A DNA stretch of 64,000 bases from an uncultured Verrucomicrobiae bacterium (GTDB lineage: Bacteria > Verrucomicrobiota > Verrucomicrobiia > Palsa-1439): the NCBI GenBank assembly GCA_963812605.1, contig CAWEWF010000007.1:32001-96000 (forward strand), written 5' to 3'. The notes beneath the pieces are model-generated. The model was not told where the DNA came from. It did not search any database and was given only the letters and a program-made list of their open reading frames with translations. A program made the position numbers and the translations under genes. Below are positions 29,287-37,965 of the stretch, in pieces. How positions within the stretch are numbered: the first letter of the stretch is position 1; each line of letters begins with the position of its first letter.

Positions 29287-31107
29287 TTACCCTGCGCGGG
29301 GCAATGTGAAATAGAACGTACTCCCCTTCTCAAGCTCGCTCTCAGCCCAAACACGTCCGGTATGGGACTGGACGATGTGTTTGACAATGGAGAGCCCGAG
29401 GCCCGTGCCGCCGAGTTCGCGGCTGCGCGCCCTATCGACTCGATAGAAGCGTTCAAAGACATGGGGTAGGTGTTCCGACGCGATGCCCGGGCCGTCATCC
29501 GCCACAGTGGTTTCAATGAACCCGTTTTTCTCTTCCGCGCGGATCGTCACATGGCCGCCGGACGGTGTGTATTTGATCGCGTTATCCAGCAGGTTAAAGA
29601 GCACCTGATGCAGTCGTTGCGCATCCGCGCGAACGGCCGGAAGCTGTTCGGGGATCTCCAGCAAGACAGCAACGAATTTCTCAAAGGCTTGTCGCGCCAG
29701 TTCGTCGACCACGGATTGGGCGGCCGCGTGCAGGGAGACGGGCTCGAAGTTGAGGCGGGCCTGCTGGGATTCGAGCGCGGAAATGCTTAGCAAATCGGCA
29801 ATGAGCGCCTCGAGGCGGCGTGAGTGGCGCTGGATGGTTTGGAGAAACTGGCGAGCCGTCTCTTCGTCGGGCGGCTGCTCATCCAGCAGGGTCTCGACGT
29901 ATCCTTTGATGATTGACAGCGGGGTGCGCAACTCGTGGCTGACATTGGCCACGAATTCCTTGCGCGTGTTTTCGAACTGCCGCATGCGGGTAATGTCGTG
30001 GAAGACCACGATTACGCCCGTGAGTGCACCCTGATGGTTTTGCAAACGCGTGGCGCTGAGTTCGTAGGCGCGTTCGTTCGGTGTCAGGAAGGTCAATTCG
30101 CGAGCGGCCACATCGCCTTTCTGAATGACTTCGTTGACCAGTTCGTGCAGCGGAACATTGCGAAATGCCTCCAGCACGGTTTTTCCAACAGCTTCCTCGC
30201 TGATGGCAAATGGACTTCGCAGCGCCTCGTTTGTCAGGCGAATTCGGCCATCGGGGCGCACGACCAGTACGCCTTCGGTCATGCCGGCGAGGATCGCACC
30301 AAGGTCAGCCTTCTCCTCGCTGAGTTCGCGGATGCGCGCGGCCAACTGTGACGACATGTCATTGAGCGCGGTGGCCAGGTCACCAAGTTCGCCACTGACC
30401 CTCGGGGGAGCCTTCTCACTGAAATCCCCGCGCGCCACGCGTTCCGCCACTTCACGCATCTGGAGGATGGGACGGGTCACGCGCCGCGACAACCAGTACA
30501 GAATCGGCGCGGTGGCAAGACCGACCAACGCACTGGCCACGGCCACGGTGTGGAGCACGCGCGCGGTTGTGCGTTGAATCTCCACCAGCGGCATGGCCAC
30601 GCGGACGATTCCCACGAGGTTGTCGTTCCGAACCGGCACCGCCACGTACAGCAGGTCGACACCAATCGTGTCACTGTGACGCATCGCGCTGCCGATGTCT
30701 TCACGCAGTGCTTGCTGGACTTCGGGGCGTTGCAGATGATTCTCGATGTCCTTCAGTTCGCTTTCTGGCTTGTCCGATTCGCCGATAACCGTCCCGCCGG
30801 GGCCGATCACGGTGATGCGGAGGCCGGTTTTCCCCGCGAGGTCATGGCTGAGACGGTTCATTTCCGCCGCATCCGCGTGTCCTGTCTTGAGCTGGGATTC
30901 GAATACTTCGCGAACCACGACCGCATCCCGTCTCAAGTCCGCCTCGATTTGGCGCACCAGGTACGGGGGCAGCGTGAGGCGCAGGGCGAGGTAGACGACG
31001 AGCAACAGATCGGCGAGGAGAATCGTCAGGCCAAGGAAGTATTTTGATGGCAATGAAAGTTTCAAGTTCTGGCACCACACGATAGCGGACGCGAAGCGCC
31101 GATTCAA
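29287..31107 (-). CDS. phoR: Sensor histidine kinase PhoR (start may be TTG 31065)
   Basis: Two TMs, ENHLQRPEV Cache domain, HAMP, PAS, FVANVSHELRTPL, NLLDNAIKY, GGTGLGL. Confidence 0.92.
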   Translation of the reverse strand: MNRRFASAIVWCQNLKLSLPSKYFLGLTILLADLLLVVYLALRLTLPPYLVRQIEADLRRDAVVVREVFESQLKTGHADAAEMNRLSHDLAGKTGLRITVIGPGGTVIGESDKPESELKDIENHLQRPEVQQALREDIGSAMRHSDTIGVDLLYVAVPVRNDNLVGIVRVAMPLVEIQRTTARVLHTVAVASALVGLATAPILYWLSRRVTRPILQMREVAERVARGDFSEKAPPRVSGELGDLATALNDMSSQLAARIRELSEEKADLGAILAGMTEGVLVVRPDGRIRLTNEALRSPFAISEEAVGKTVLEAFRNVPLHELVNEVIQKGDVAARELTFLTPNERAYELSATRLQNHQGALTGVIVVFHDITRMRQFENTRKEFVANVSHELRTPLSIIKGYVETLLDEQPPDEETARQFLQTIQRHSRRLEALIADLLSISALESQQARLNFEPVSLHAAAQSVVDELARQAFEKFVAVLLEIPEQLPAVRADAQRLHQVLFNLLDNAIKYTPSGGHVTIRAEEKNGFIETTVADDGPGIASEHLPHVFERFYRVDRARSRELGGTGLGLSIVKHIVQSHTGRVWAESELEKGSTFYFTLPRAG

Positions 31108-31167
31108 TGAAATCGGGGCGAAAAAGGGGAAGGGCCGAGCAACTTGTTGCTATTCCGTATGAATTTC

Positions 31168-31183
31168 GTTACACAATTGTCAT
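31168..31183 (+). promoter_or_regulatory. Pho-box-like repeat upstream of DUF47-pit
   Basis: GTTAC-N6-GTCAT, with weaker GT units at 31146 and 31157 in the same 11-bp phase. Confidence 0.5.
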
Positions 31184-31204
31184 CGGTCATCAGGAGAATA
31201 GCCC

Positions 31205-31831
31205 ATGCTGAGGCAACTCATTCCACAGGAATATGATTTCTTCGAATCGTTCGACCTGGCCGCCGCGCAGGCGGTCATAGCGGCTCGTCTACTATTGAAG
31301 TTGACCGAGAATTATGCGGATGCCGACCCCATCGCGCGCGAGCTGAACGAGGTCGAGCACGCCTGCGACAACGTCGCGCATCGCACGATGGATCAATTGA
31401 ACAAGTCGTTCATCACGCCGCTCGATCGGGAGGACATCCACGTGATGATTCTGCGCATTGATGACGTCGTCGATCTGATCAACGCCGCCGCCAATCGCAT
31501 CGCCTTTTTCGGCATCCAGAAACCCACCCAGCATGCAATCAATCTCGCCAAGCAGATTGTCCGCGGCTGCGAGAAGCTCGCGGAAGCGGTTCGCGGGATG
31601 CGCTCGGCCAAACACTACGAGCAGGTCATGCGGGATTGCATCACCGTGCATGAAGTCGAGAATGCGGCCGACGACATTCTCCATACGGCGCTGGCCGAGT
31701 TGTTCGCGAAGGAAAAAAACGCCATCGAAGTCATCAAATGGAAGGACATTTACGAGACGATGGAGAAGGTCACCGACCGCCTGGAAGACGTCGCGAATGT
31801 TCTTCAGGGCGTCATTGTCAAGATGAGCTGA
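31205..31831 (+). CDS. DUF47 phosphate transport regulator (PhoU-like)
   Basis: EHACD, FITPLDREDI, IDDVVD, ENAADD, DRLEDVA; SD AGGAG. Confidence 0.92.
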   Translation: MLRQLIPQEYDFFESFDLAAAQAVIAARLLLKLTENYADADPIARELNEVEHACDNVAHRTMDQLNKSFITPLDREDIHVMILRIDDVVDLINAAANRIAFFGIQKPTQHAINLAKQIVRGCEKLAEAVRGMRSAKHYEQVMRDCITVHEVENAADDILHTALAELFAKEKNAIEVIKWKDIYETMEKVTDRLEDVANVLQGVIVKMS

Positions 31832-31856
31832 ACACCGGCCACGACTGGAGACCTGA

Positions 31857-32912
31857 ATGTCCGCGTTCTTCACCGACCTGCTGCATATCTTCCAGAATCC
31901 GTACATCGCCCTGATTTTTTTCACGGCGCTGGTGTTTGATTTTATCAACGGATTTCACGACGCGGCCAATTCCATCGCCACGATTGTCAGTACACGCGTA
32001 TTGCGGCCATTTCAGGCCGTTCTCTGGGCCGCGTGGTGGAATTTCGCGGCGGCGTGGTTTTTTGGCGTCCACGTCGCCAACGCGGTGGCAACCTGGGTGC
32101 ATGCGGATTACGTCACAATCGAGGTTATCTTCGCCGGCCTTTTCGGGGCCATCGTCTGGAACCTGATTACCTGGTACGGGGGGATACCGTCGAGCTCATC
32201 GCACGCGCTGCTCGGCGGGTTTGGCGGCGCTGCTATTGTACACGCCGGGAAATGGGAAGGCGTTTTACAGACAAGCAAAGTGTTGTTGACGGTCGAGTTT
32301 ATCGTTATTGCCCCGCTGGTTGGCTTGCTACTGGGTCTCTTCTTCACGTTCATCGTGATGTGGGTCTTTCGCAAGGCTTCACCAATCAAGATGGATCACT
32401 GGTTTCGGCGCATACAACTCTGGTCGGCCGCAGCCTATAGTTTGGGTCACGGCACCAACGACGCGCAGAAAACCATGGGGATTATCGCGGCGCTGTTGTA
32501 CGCCAGCATTTGGAGAGGACAGCAGGAGGCGTTTGCCACGGGAAAGGTCGCGTTTCCGTTTTGGATTGTACTGGTTTGCCATTTTGCCATCGCGCTCGGC
32601 ACGATGTGTGGTGGCTGGCGAATCGTCAAAACGATGGGCATGAGGATCACGAAACTGCGGCCCTACGATGGTGCGTGCGCGGAACTCGCGGCGGCGACGT
32701 CGTTGTTTACAGCGGCATCTCTGGGTGTGCCGGTCAGCACCACACATACCATCACGGGCGCAATTATCGGGGTCGGCGCCGTGCACCGATTGTCCGCCGT
32801 GCGCTGGGGTGTGGCGCGGCAGGTGGTGTGGGCGTGGGTATTGACCATCCCCTGTTCGGCGGTGGTAGCGGCCGGGGCTTATTGGCTGCTGGCGCTTTGC
32901 CGACACCGTTGA
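31857..32912 (+). CDS. pit: Inorganic phosphate transporter, PiT family
   Basis: GFHDAANSIAT, PSSSSHA, HGTNDAQK, PVSTTH. Confidence 0.95.
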   Translation: MSAFFTDLLHIFQNPYIALIFFTALVFDFINGFHDAANSIATIVSTRVLRPFQAVLWAAWWNFAAAWFFGVHVANAVATWVHADYVTIEVIFAGLFGAIVWNLITWYGGIPSSSSHALLGGFGGAAIVHAGKWEGVLQTSKVLLTVEFIVIAPLVGLLLGLFFTFIVMWVFRKASPIKMDHWFRRIQLWSAAAYSLGHGTNDAQKTMGIIAALLYASIWRGQQEAFATGKVAFPFWIVLVCHFAIALGTMCGGWRIVKTMGMRITKLRPYDGACAELAAATSLFTAASLGVPVSTTHTITGAIIGVGAVHRLSAVRWGVARQVVWAWVLTIPCSAVVAAGAYWLLALCRHR

Positions 32913-32915
32913 CGA

Positions 32916-33602
32916 TTACGGTGCGTCGGCGAAACGGTACCCGACACCGCGGACCGTCTCGACATAGTCGGAAACCTTGCCCAGCTTCTCGCGCAGCCGG
33001 CGCATGTGCGTGTCCACGGTCCGCGTGTCCACGTCCCCTTCGTAGCCCCAGACATCGGTCAACAACCGGTCCCGCGATTGGACGCGCCCGCGCCGCTCCA
33101 ATAACGTGGCCAGCAGCTTGAACTCCGTGGCCGTCAAGTCAACGATTTTGTCTTTCAGCGTGACTTCATGTTTGGCGATATCGATCGTGAGGTCGCCGAA
33201 CTTGAGGACCTCGGCGGGCGCGGTTTTCCCGCTGGCGCGCCGCAGTACACTTTTCACTCGGAGCGCGATTTCGCGCGGACTGAACGGTTTCGTCACGTAA
33301 TCATCCGCACCCAATTCGAGGCCGACGACGCGATCCACTTCCTCGGCCTTCGCCGTGAGCATGATGATCGGGATGTGGGCGGTTTTCGAGTCGGCCTTCA
33401 AATGGCGGCACACTTCAGTGCCTTCCATTTGCGGCAACATGAGATCCAGGACGATCAGGGACGGCACCTCATCGCGCGCTTTTTGCAGCGCCACGTTGCC
33501 GTCGCGGGCGGTGACGGTTTTGTAGCCCGCCTTTTGGAGGTTGTATACGAGCAGGTCGCTCACGTCCGGCTCGTCGTCCACAATAAGAATCGTTTCAGTC
33601 AT
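32916..33602 (-). CDS. phoB: Response regulator PhoB (OmpR family)
   Basis: Receiver plus winged helix: LTATEFKLL, RTVDTHMRRLREKL, TVRGVGYRF; phosphate context. Confidence 0.9.
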   Translation of the reverse strand: MTETILIVDDEPDVSDLLVYNLQKAGYKTVTARDGNVALQKARDEVPSLIVLDLMLPQMEGTEVCRHLKADSKTAHIPIIMLTAKAEEVDRVVGLELGADDYVTKPFSPREIALRVKSVLRRASGKTAPAEVLKFGDLTIDIAKHEVTLKDKIVDLTATEFKLLATLLERRGRVQSRDRLLTDVWGYEGDVDTRTVDTHMRRLREKLGKVSDYVETVRGVGYRFADAP

Positions 33603-33613
33603 GACGGCACCCT

Positions 33614-33662
33614 GTAACGAACACGTCACGCCGCGGCGGCACTAACGTTACAAATCAGTGAC
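33614..33662 (-). promoter_or_regulatory. Pho-box-like array upstream of phoB
   Basis: GTNAC at 33614, 33625, 33647, 33658 (11-bp phase). Confidence 0.6.
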
Positions 33663-33667
33663 GAGCC

Positions 33668-35353
33668 TCACTGGGTAATGGCCCCTTCCGAGGCCGAGGA
33701 CACCAGTTTGGCGTATTTCGCCAGCGCGCCCGTTTTGTAACGCGGCACGGGAGGCTTCCATTCCTTCAATCGGCGCTGGATTTCCTCGTCGCTCAATTCT
33801 ACATCCAATCGGCGCGTCGCCACGTCGAACGAAATCATATCACCGTCACGCACGATGGCGATGGGTCCGCCTTTCGACGCCTCCGGGGCAACATGCCCCG
33901 CGGTAAAACCGTACGTTGCACCCGAGAAACGTCCGTCGGTCATCAAGGCCACTTGATCGCTGATTCCCTGTCCGACGATTGCCGCGGTGACCGTCAGCAT
34001 CTCGCGCATGCCGGGGCCGCCGTGCGGTCCTTCGTAACGAATGACAACCACATCACCGGGTTTGATCTGCTTTGCCTGGACTGCGGCAAACGAGTCCTCT
34101 TCACAATCGAAGACACGCGCCGGACCGCGATGGCTCGTGCGTTTGTGACCGACGACCTTCAGGACGCAACCCTCGGGAGCGAGGTTGCCCTTCAAAATTA
34201 CAAGTCCGCCCGTCGCCTTGATGGGGTCGGTCAGCGGTCGGATGACTGGTTGGCCCGGGGCTTCCTTCGCAGCCCGGGCTTCCTCGCCGATCGTGCGGCC
34301 CGAGACGGTGATTTCGTCGGGGTTGAGCAGCCCCGCATCGAGCAGGCGTTTCGCCACGACCGCCGTCCCGCCGGCGGCATAGACATCGGTGGCAACGAAC
34401 TTGCCGCCCGGCTTTAAATCACAAAGTAGCGGGGTCTTCGCGCTGATGCGGTCAAAATCATCGATGTTCAGCGGCACGCCCGCTTCGTGCGCAATCGCCA
34501 GCAAATGCAGCACGAGATTGGTTGACCCGCCGGACATGACGCCGGCGGCAATGGCGTTTTCCAGCGCCTTTCGCGTAATGACTTTGCGGGGGGTAAGTTT
34601 TTGCCGAAGCAATTCAACGATTTGTTTTCCCGTCTCAAACGCGACCTGATCCTTGCGCGGATCTTCGGCGGGCACGCTATTGGCGCCCATGAGCGAGATG
34701 CCGAGCATCTCCATCGCCATGGACATGGTGTTGGCGGTGAATTGGCCGCCGCACGCGCCCATGCCGGGGCAGGCGGCAATCTCCAGGTCGCGCAGATCTT
34801 CCGGGGTGATCTTGCCGGCGGCACAGGAGCCCACGCCTTCAAATACATCCTGGATCGTCACGTCCTTGCCGTGCCATTTGCCGGGCGCGATCGATCCGCC
34901 ATAGAGCATCAGGCCCGGCAAATCCAGCCGCGCCAACGCCATGACCGTGCCGGGGATTGTCTTGTCGCAGCCCGACAGCGCGACAACGGCGTCGAACAGA
35001 TAGCCGCGCGCGAACAGCTCAATCGAGTCCGCGATAATCTCGCGGCTGATGAGCGAGCATTTCATGCCTTCGGTGCCCATCGAAATGCCGTCGGAAATCG
35101 CGATGGTATTGCATTCAAGCGGCACGCCGCCCGCCGCGCGCACGCCTTCCTTGATTTTCGCGGCCAGTCGCTGCAAGTGCGCGTTACACGGCATTGCATC
35201 GGTCCAGGTGTTGGCGACGGCAACCAGCGGCTTGTTGTGCAAATCCTCGTCGGTAAGCCCGACGGAGCGCAGGTACGAACGCGCCGCGGCGCGCCCGAGT
35301 CCATCGGTGACCGTGCTCGATCGATGCTTAAGGGACTTCAAATCCATGTTCAT
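33668..35353 (-). CDS. ilvD: Dihydroxy-acid dehydratase
   Basis: PCN, SDGISMG, CDKT, CGGQFTANTM, GGSTN, GGPGMREML, TDGRFSG. Confidence 0.97.
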   Translation of the reverse strand: MNMDLKSLKHRSSTVTDGLGRAAARSYLRSVGLTDEDLHNKPLVAVANTWTDAMPCNAHLQRLAAKIKEGVRAAGGVPLECNTIAISDGISMGTEGMKCSLISREIIADSIELFARGYLFDAVVALSGCDKTIPGTVMALARLDLPGLMLYGGSIAPGKWHGKDVTIQDVFEGVGSCAAGKITPEDLRDLEIAACPGMGACGGQFTANTMSMAMEMLGISLMGANSVPAEDPRKDQVAFETGKQIVELLRQKLTPRKVITRKALENAIAAGVMSGGSTNLVLHLLAIAHEAGVPLNIDDFDRISAKTPLLCDLKPGGKFVATDVYAAGGTAVVAKRLLDAGLLNPDEITVSGRTIGEEARAAKEAPGQPVIRPLTDPIKATGGLVILKGNLAPEGCVLKVVGHKRTSHRGPARVFDCEEDSFAAVQAKQIKPGDVVVIRYEGPHGGPGMREMLTVTAAIVGQGISDQVALMTDGRFSGATYGFTAGHVAPEASKGGPIAIVRDGDMISFDVATRRLDVELSDEEIQRRLKEWKPPVPRYKTGALAKYAKLVSSASEGAITQ

Positions 35354-35384
35354 CTACCCGCTTTCGCAGAACGGTGAGACTTTA

Positions 35385-35780
35385 TCACAGCTTGAAGGCG
35401 TGGGGAAGTAATTCTGAGAGCAGGTGGACGCGCAAGCGACGGGGGTTGCGCGAATCAGCGCAGATGACGACACATTCGCCGAATTCCGCCAGTACCTGGC
35501 GGCAGGCGCCGCACGGGCTGAGCGCCGCGCTGGGCGCGACGACCGCAATCGCCTGGAACTTGCGATGCCCTTCGCTGACCGCCTTGCCGACGGCAACACG
35601 CTCGGCGCAATTGGTCAGTCCATAACTGGCGTTCTCGACATTGACGCCAGTGTACACCTTGCCGCTCTTCGTCAGCAGCGCGGCGCCGACACGGAATTTT
35701 GAGTAGGGAGCATGGGCGTTTCGCTGGGCGGCTTTGGCGGCAGCGAGCAATCTCCGAATTTTAAGCGTCCGAGCCTTCAT
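35385..35780 (-). CDS. cdd: Cytidine deaminase
   Basis: APYSKFRVGAA, NVENASY, CAER, PCGACRQ. Confidence 0.96.
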   Translation of the reverse strand: MKARTLKIRRLLAAAKAAQRNAHAPYSKFRVGAALLTKSGKVYTGVNVENASYGLTNCAERVAVGKAVSEGHRKFQAIAVVAPSAALSPCGACRQVLAEFGECVVICADSRNPRRLRVHLLSELLPHAFKL

Positions 35781-36592
35781 AGCGCCCCGAGGAATTCGCT
35801 GAGCAGCCTGGCGAGTTTTCCCTGGGCCGCGCGGCCCACTTCGAGAACTTCGTCATGCGACAATTTCTTGCTGGAAATGCCGGCGGCCAGGTTGGTGATG
35901 CAGGAAACACCAACGACTTCGATGTTGTGGTAGCGCGCCATGATGACTTCCGGCACGGTGCTCATTCCCACCGCGTCGGCGCCGATCCACGCGAACGCCT
36001 TGATTTCGGCGGGGGTCTCGTAGCTCGGTCCGGTCGTGGCCAGGTAAACGCCGCGCCAGACGGGGATCTGCTGTTTTTCGGCCGCGGTATCGAGTTTTTC
36101 GCGCAGCCGAGGGGAATAGGCCTGGCTCATATCGATGAATTTGACGCCGCCATCGCTATTGACGCCGCCGATGAGCGGGTTGATGCCCAAATGATTGATG
36201 TGATCTTCGATTACCATGAGATCGCCCGGCTTGTACTGCGGATTGATGCCGCCAGCCGCGTTCGTGACGATGAGCACTTTCACGCCGAGCGCGTCGACCA
36301 CGTGGATCGGGTAGGTGATCTCCGCGGGAGTGCGCCCTTCGTAGCAGTGAAAACGTCCACTCAACACCAGCAGTTTCTTTCCCGCCAGTTCGCCGAAGAT
36401 CATCTGGCCGGCGTGTCCCGCGACCGTGGGCTTCGGGAAATGGGGAATATCGGTGTAAGGGATGACGAACGGCTTCGTGACGCCCTGAGTGATGCCGCCC
36501 AGGCCGGAGCCCACTACCAGTGCCACGTCCGGCTTGAAGCCGGCCAACTTCGACTCCAGGAAATCCTTGGTCTCTTTTACATTCGCCATCAT
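35777..36592 (-). CDS. punA: Purine-nucleoside phosphorylase (trimeric type)
   Basis: GSGLG, GHAG, GRFH.YEG, TNAAGG, GPSYETPAE, VGMSTVPE. Confidence 0.95.
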   Translation of the reverse strand: MMANVKETKDFLESKLAGFKPDVALVVGSGLGGITQGVTKPFVIPYTDIPHFPKPTVAGHAGQMIFGELAGKKLLVLSGRFHCYEGRTPAEITYPIHVVDALGVKVLIVTNAAGGINPQYKPGDLMVIEDHINHLGINPLIGGVNSDGGVKFIDMSQAYSPRLREKLDTAAEKQQIPVWRGVYLATTGPSYETPAEIKAFAWIGADAVGMSTVPEVIMARYHNIEVVGVSCITNLAAGISSKKLSHDEVLEVGRAAQGKLARLLSEFLGAL

Positions 36593-36605
36593 CTGAATCA
36601 GGTCC

Positions 36606-37958
36606 TCACTCGATCTTTTGCACGATCAGCGGAGATCGTATATTCACCGGTTTGTCTTCGATCTTATAGGCGGCGCGCACCATACGGGTCGCCTCGGCAG
36701 CACGCGTCTCATCGTTGTAATGCATGATCATCAACGGTTCGCCCGCCTTCACCGCGTCACCAATCTTCTTTGGTTCCTCGAAACCGACCGCGAAATCAAT
36801 CTTGTCCGCCGCCACTTGCCGACCACCACCGAGCGCGATGACGGCGTACCCGATTTGGTCGCACTCGATGGACTGGACGAATCCCGACTTTGGCGCGGCG
36901 ATTGGCTTCGTCTGTTTTGCGGACGGCAATCGCTTCCAATCCTCGCAAACTTTCGCATCGCCACCCTGGGCCCCGATCATTTCGGCAAACTTGCGAAGGG
37001 CTTCGCCATTCGCGAGTTTCTTTTGCAGGATTTCCCTTGCGGCTGCAACATTTTTCGCAACGCCCGCCAGCAGCAACATCTCTACGGAAAGCGCGAGTGT
37101 GACCTCGAGCAGGTCGTCGGCCCGGGTGGAACCATTCATGATCTCGATGCATTCGCGAACTTCCAGGGCGTTGCCGATCTTCTGTCCGAGCGGCTGGTTC
37201 ATGTCGGTCTGCAGCGCGCAGACTTTTTTCCCGTAACGTTTGCCGACCTCGACCAGCGCCTTCGCCAGGTCGCTTGATGTCTCTCGCGTCCGCATGAACG
37301 CGCCGCTGCCCCATTTCACATCGAGCACGAGGCCATCCACGTTCTCCGCCAGTTTCTTGCTCATGATGCTCGCCACGATGAGGGGCAGGCATGAGACCGT
37401 CGCCGTCACGTCTCGTAACGCGTACAGTTTCTTATCAGCGGGAGCAATCTCGGCGGTCTGACCGATCAGGCAACAACCGACTCTGTCGGTGATCCGCTTG
37501 AACTCGTCGAGCGACAGATTCACGTCGTAACCGGAAATGCTTTCGAGTTTATCCAGCGTGCCGCCGGTCGGGCCGAGCCCGCGTCCGGAAATCATCGGTA
37601 CTTTCACGCCGCAACAGGCGACAAGCGGCGCGAGAATCAGCGACACTTTATCACCGATGCCGCCCGTGCTGTGTTTGTCAGCGTAGAACGCGGATGGTGG
37701 CACAGGCGTCCCTGCCTGTGGGGCGGATTGCCCGGCACGTCTCCATTCGACGACCTTGCCGCTCTCCACCATGGCGCGCGTGAGCCACATCGTTTCGTCG
37801 AAATTCATTCCTTGGAAACAAATCGCCATGGCCAGCGCCGCCATTTGATATTCCGGCAACTCGCCGCTGGTGAACCCGTTTATGAAAAAGCGAATTTCTT
37901 CTTCGGTCAGCACATTTCCGTCGCGCTTCTTCTGGATGATTTTGGCGGGTAAGAGCAT
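36606..37958 (-). CDS. pdp: Pyrimidine-nucleoside/thymidine phosphorylase
   Basis: KKRDG, DKHSTGGIGDK, SGRGLGPTGGTLDKLE, ADKKLYALRDVT, SIMSKK. Confidence 0.95.
   Translation of the reverse strand: MLLPAKIIQKKRDGNVLTEEEIRFFINGFTSGELPEYQMAALAMAICFQGMNFDETMWLTRAMVESGKVVEWRRAGQSAPQAGTPVPPSAFYADKHSTGGIGDKVSLILAPLVACCGVKVPMISGRGLGPTGGTLDKLESISGYDVNLSLDEFKRITDRVGCCLIGQTAEIAPADKKLYALRDVTATVSCLPLIVASIMSKKLAENVDGLVLDVKWGSGAFMRTRETSSDLAKALVEVGKRYGKKVCALQTDMNQPLGQKIGNALEVRECIEIMNGSTRADDLLEVTLALSVEMLLLAGVAKNVAAAREILQKKLANGEALRKFAEMIGAQGGDAKVCEDWKRLPSAKQTKPIAAPKSGFVQSIECDQIGYAVIALGGGRQVAADKIDFAVGFEEPKKIGDAVKAGEPLMIMHYNDETRAAEATRMVRAAYKIEDKPVNIRSPLIVQKIE
37696..37720 (+). repeat. REP-like palindrome inside the pdp coding sequence
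   Basis: GGTGGCACAGGCGTCCCTGCCTGTG, closely matching intergenic copies at 21240 and 21278. Confidence 0.65.
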
Positions 37959-37965
37959 GGTTTCG

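Noticed and set aside
33668-37958. pdp-punA-cdd-ilvD as a novel pathway
   Set aside because: Ordinary nucleoside salvage genes next to a canonical IlvD
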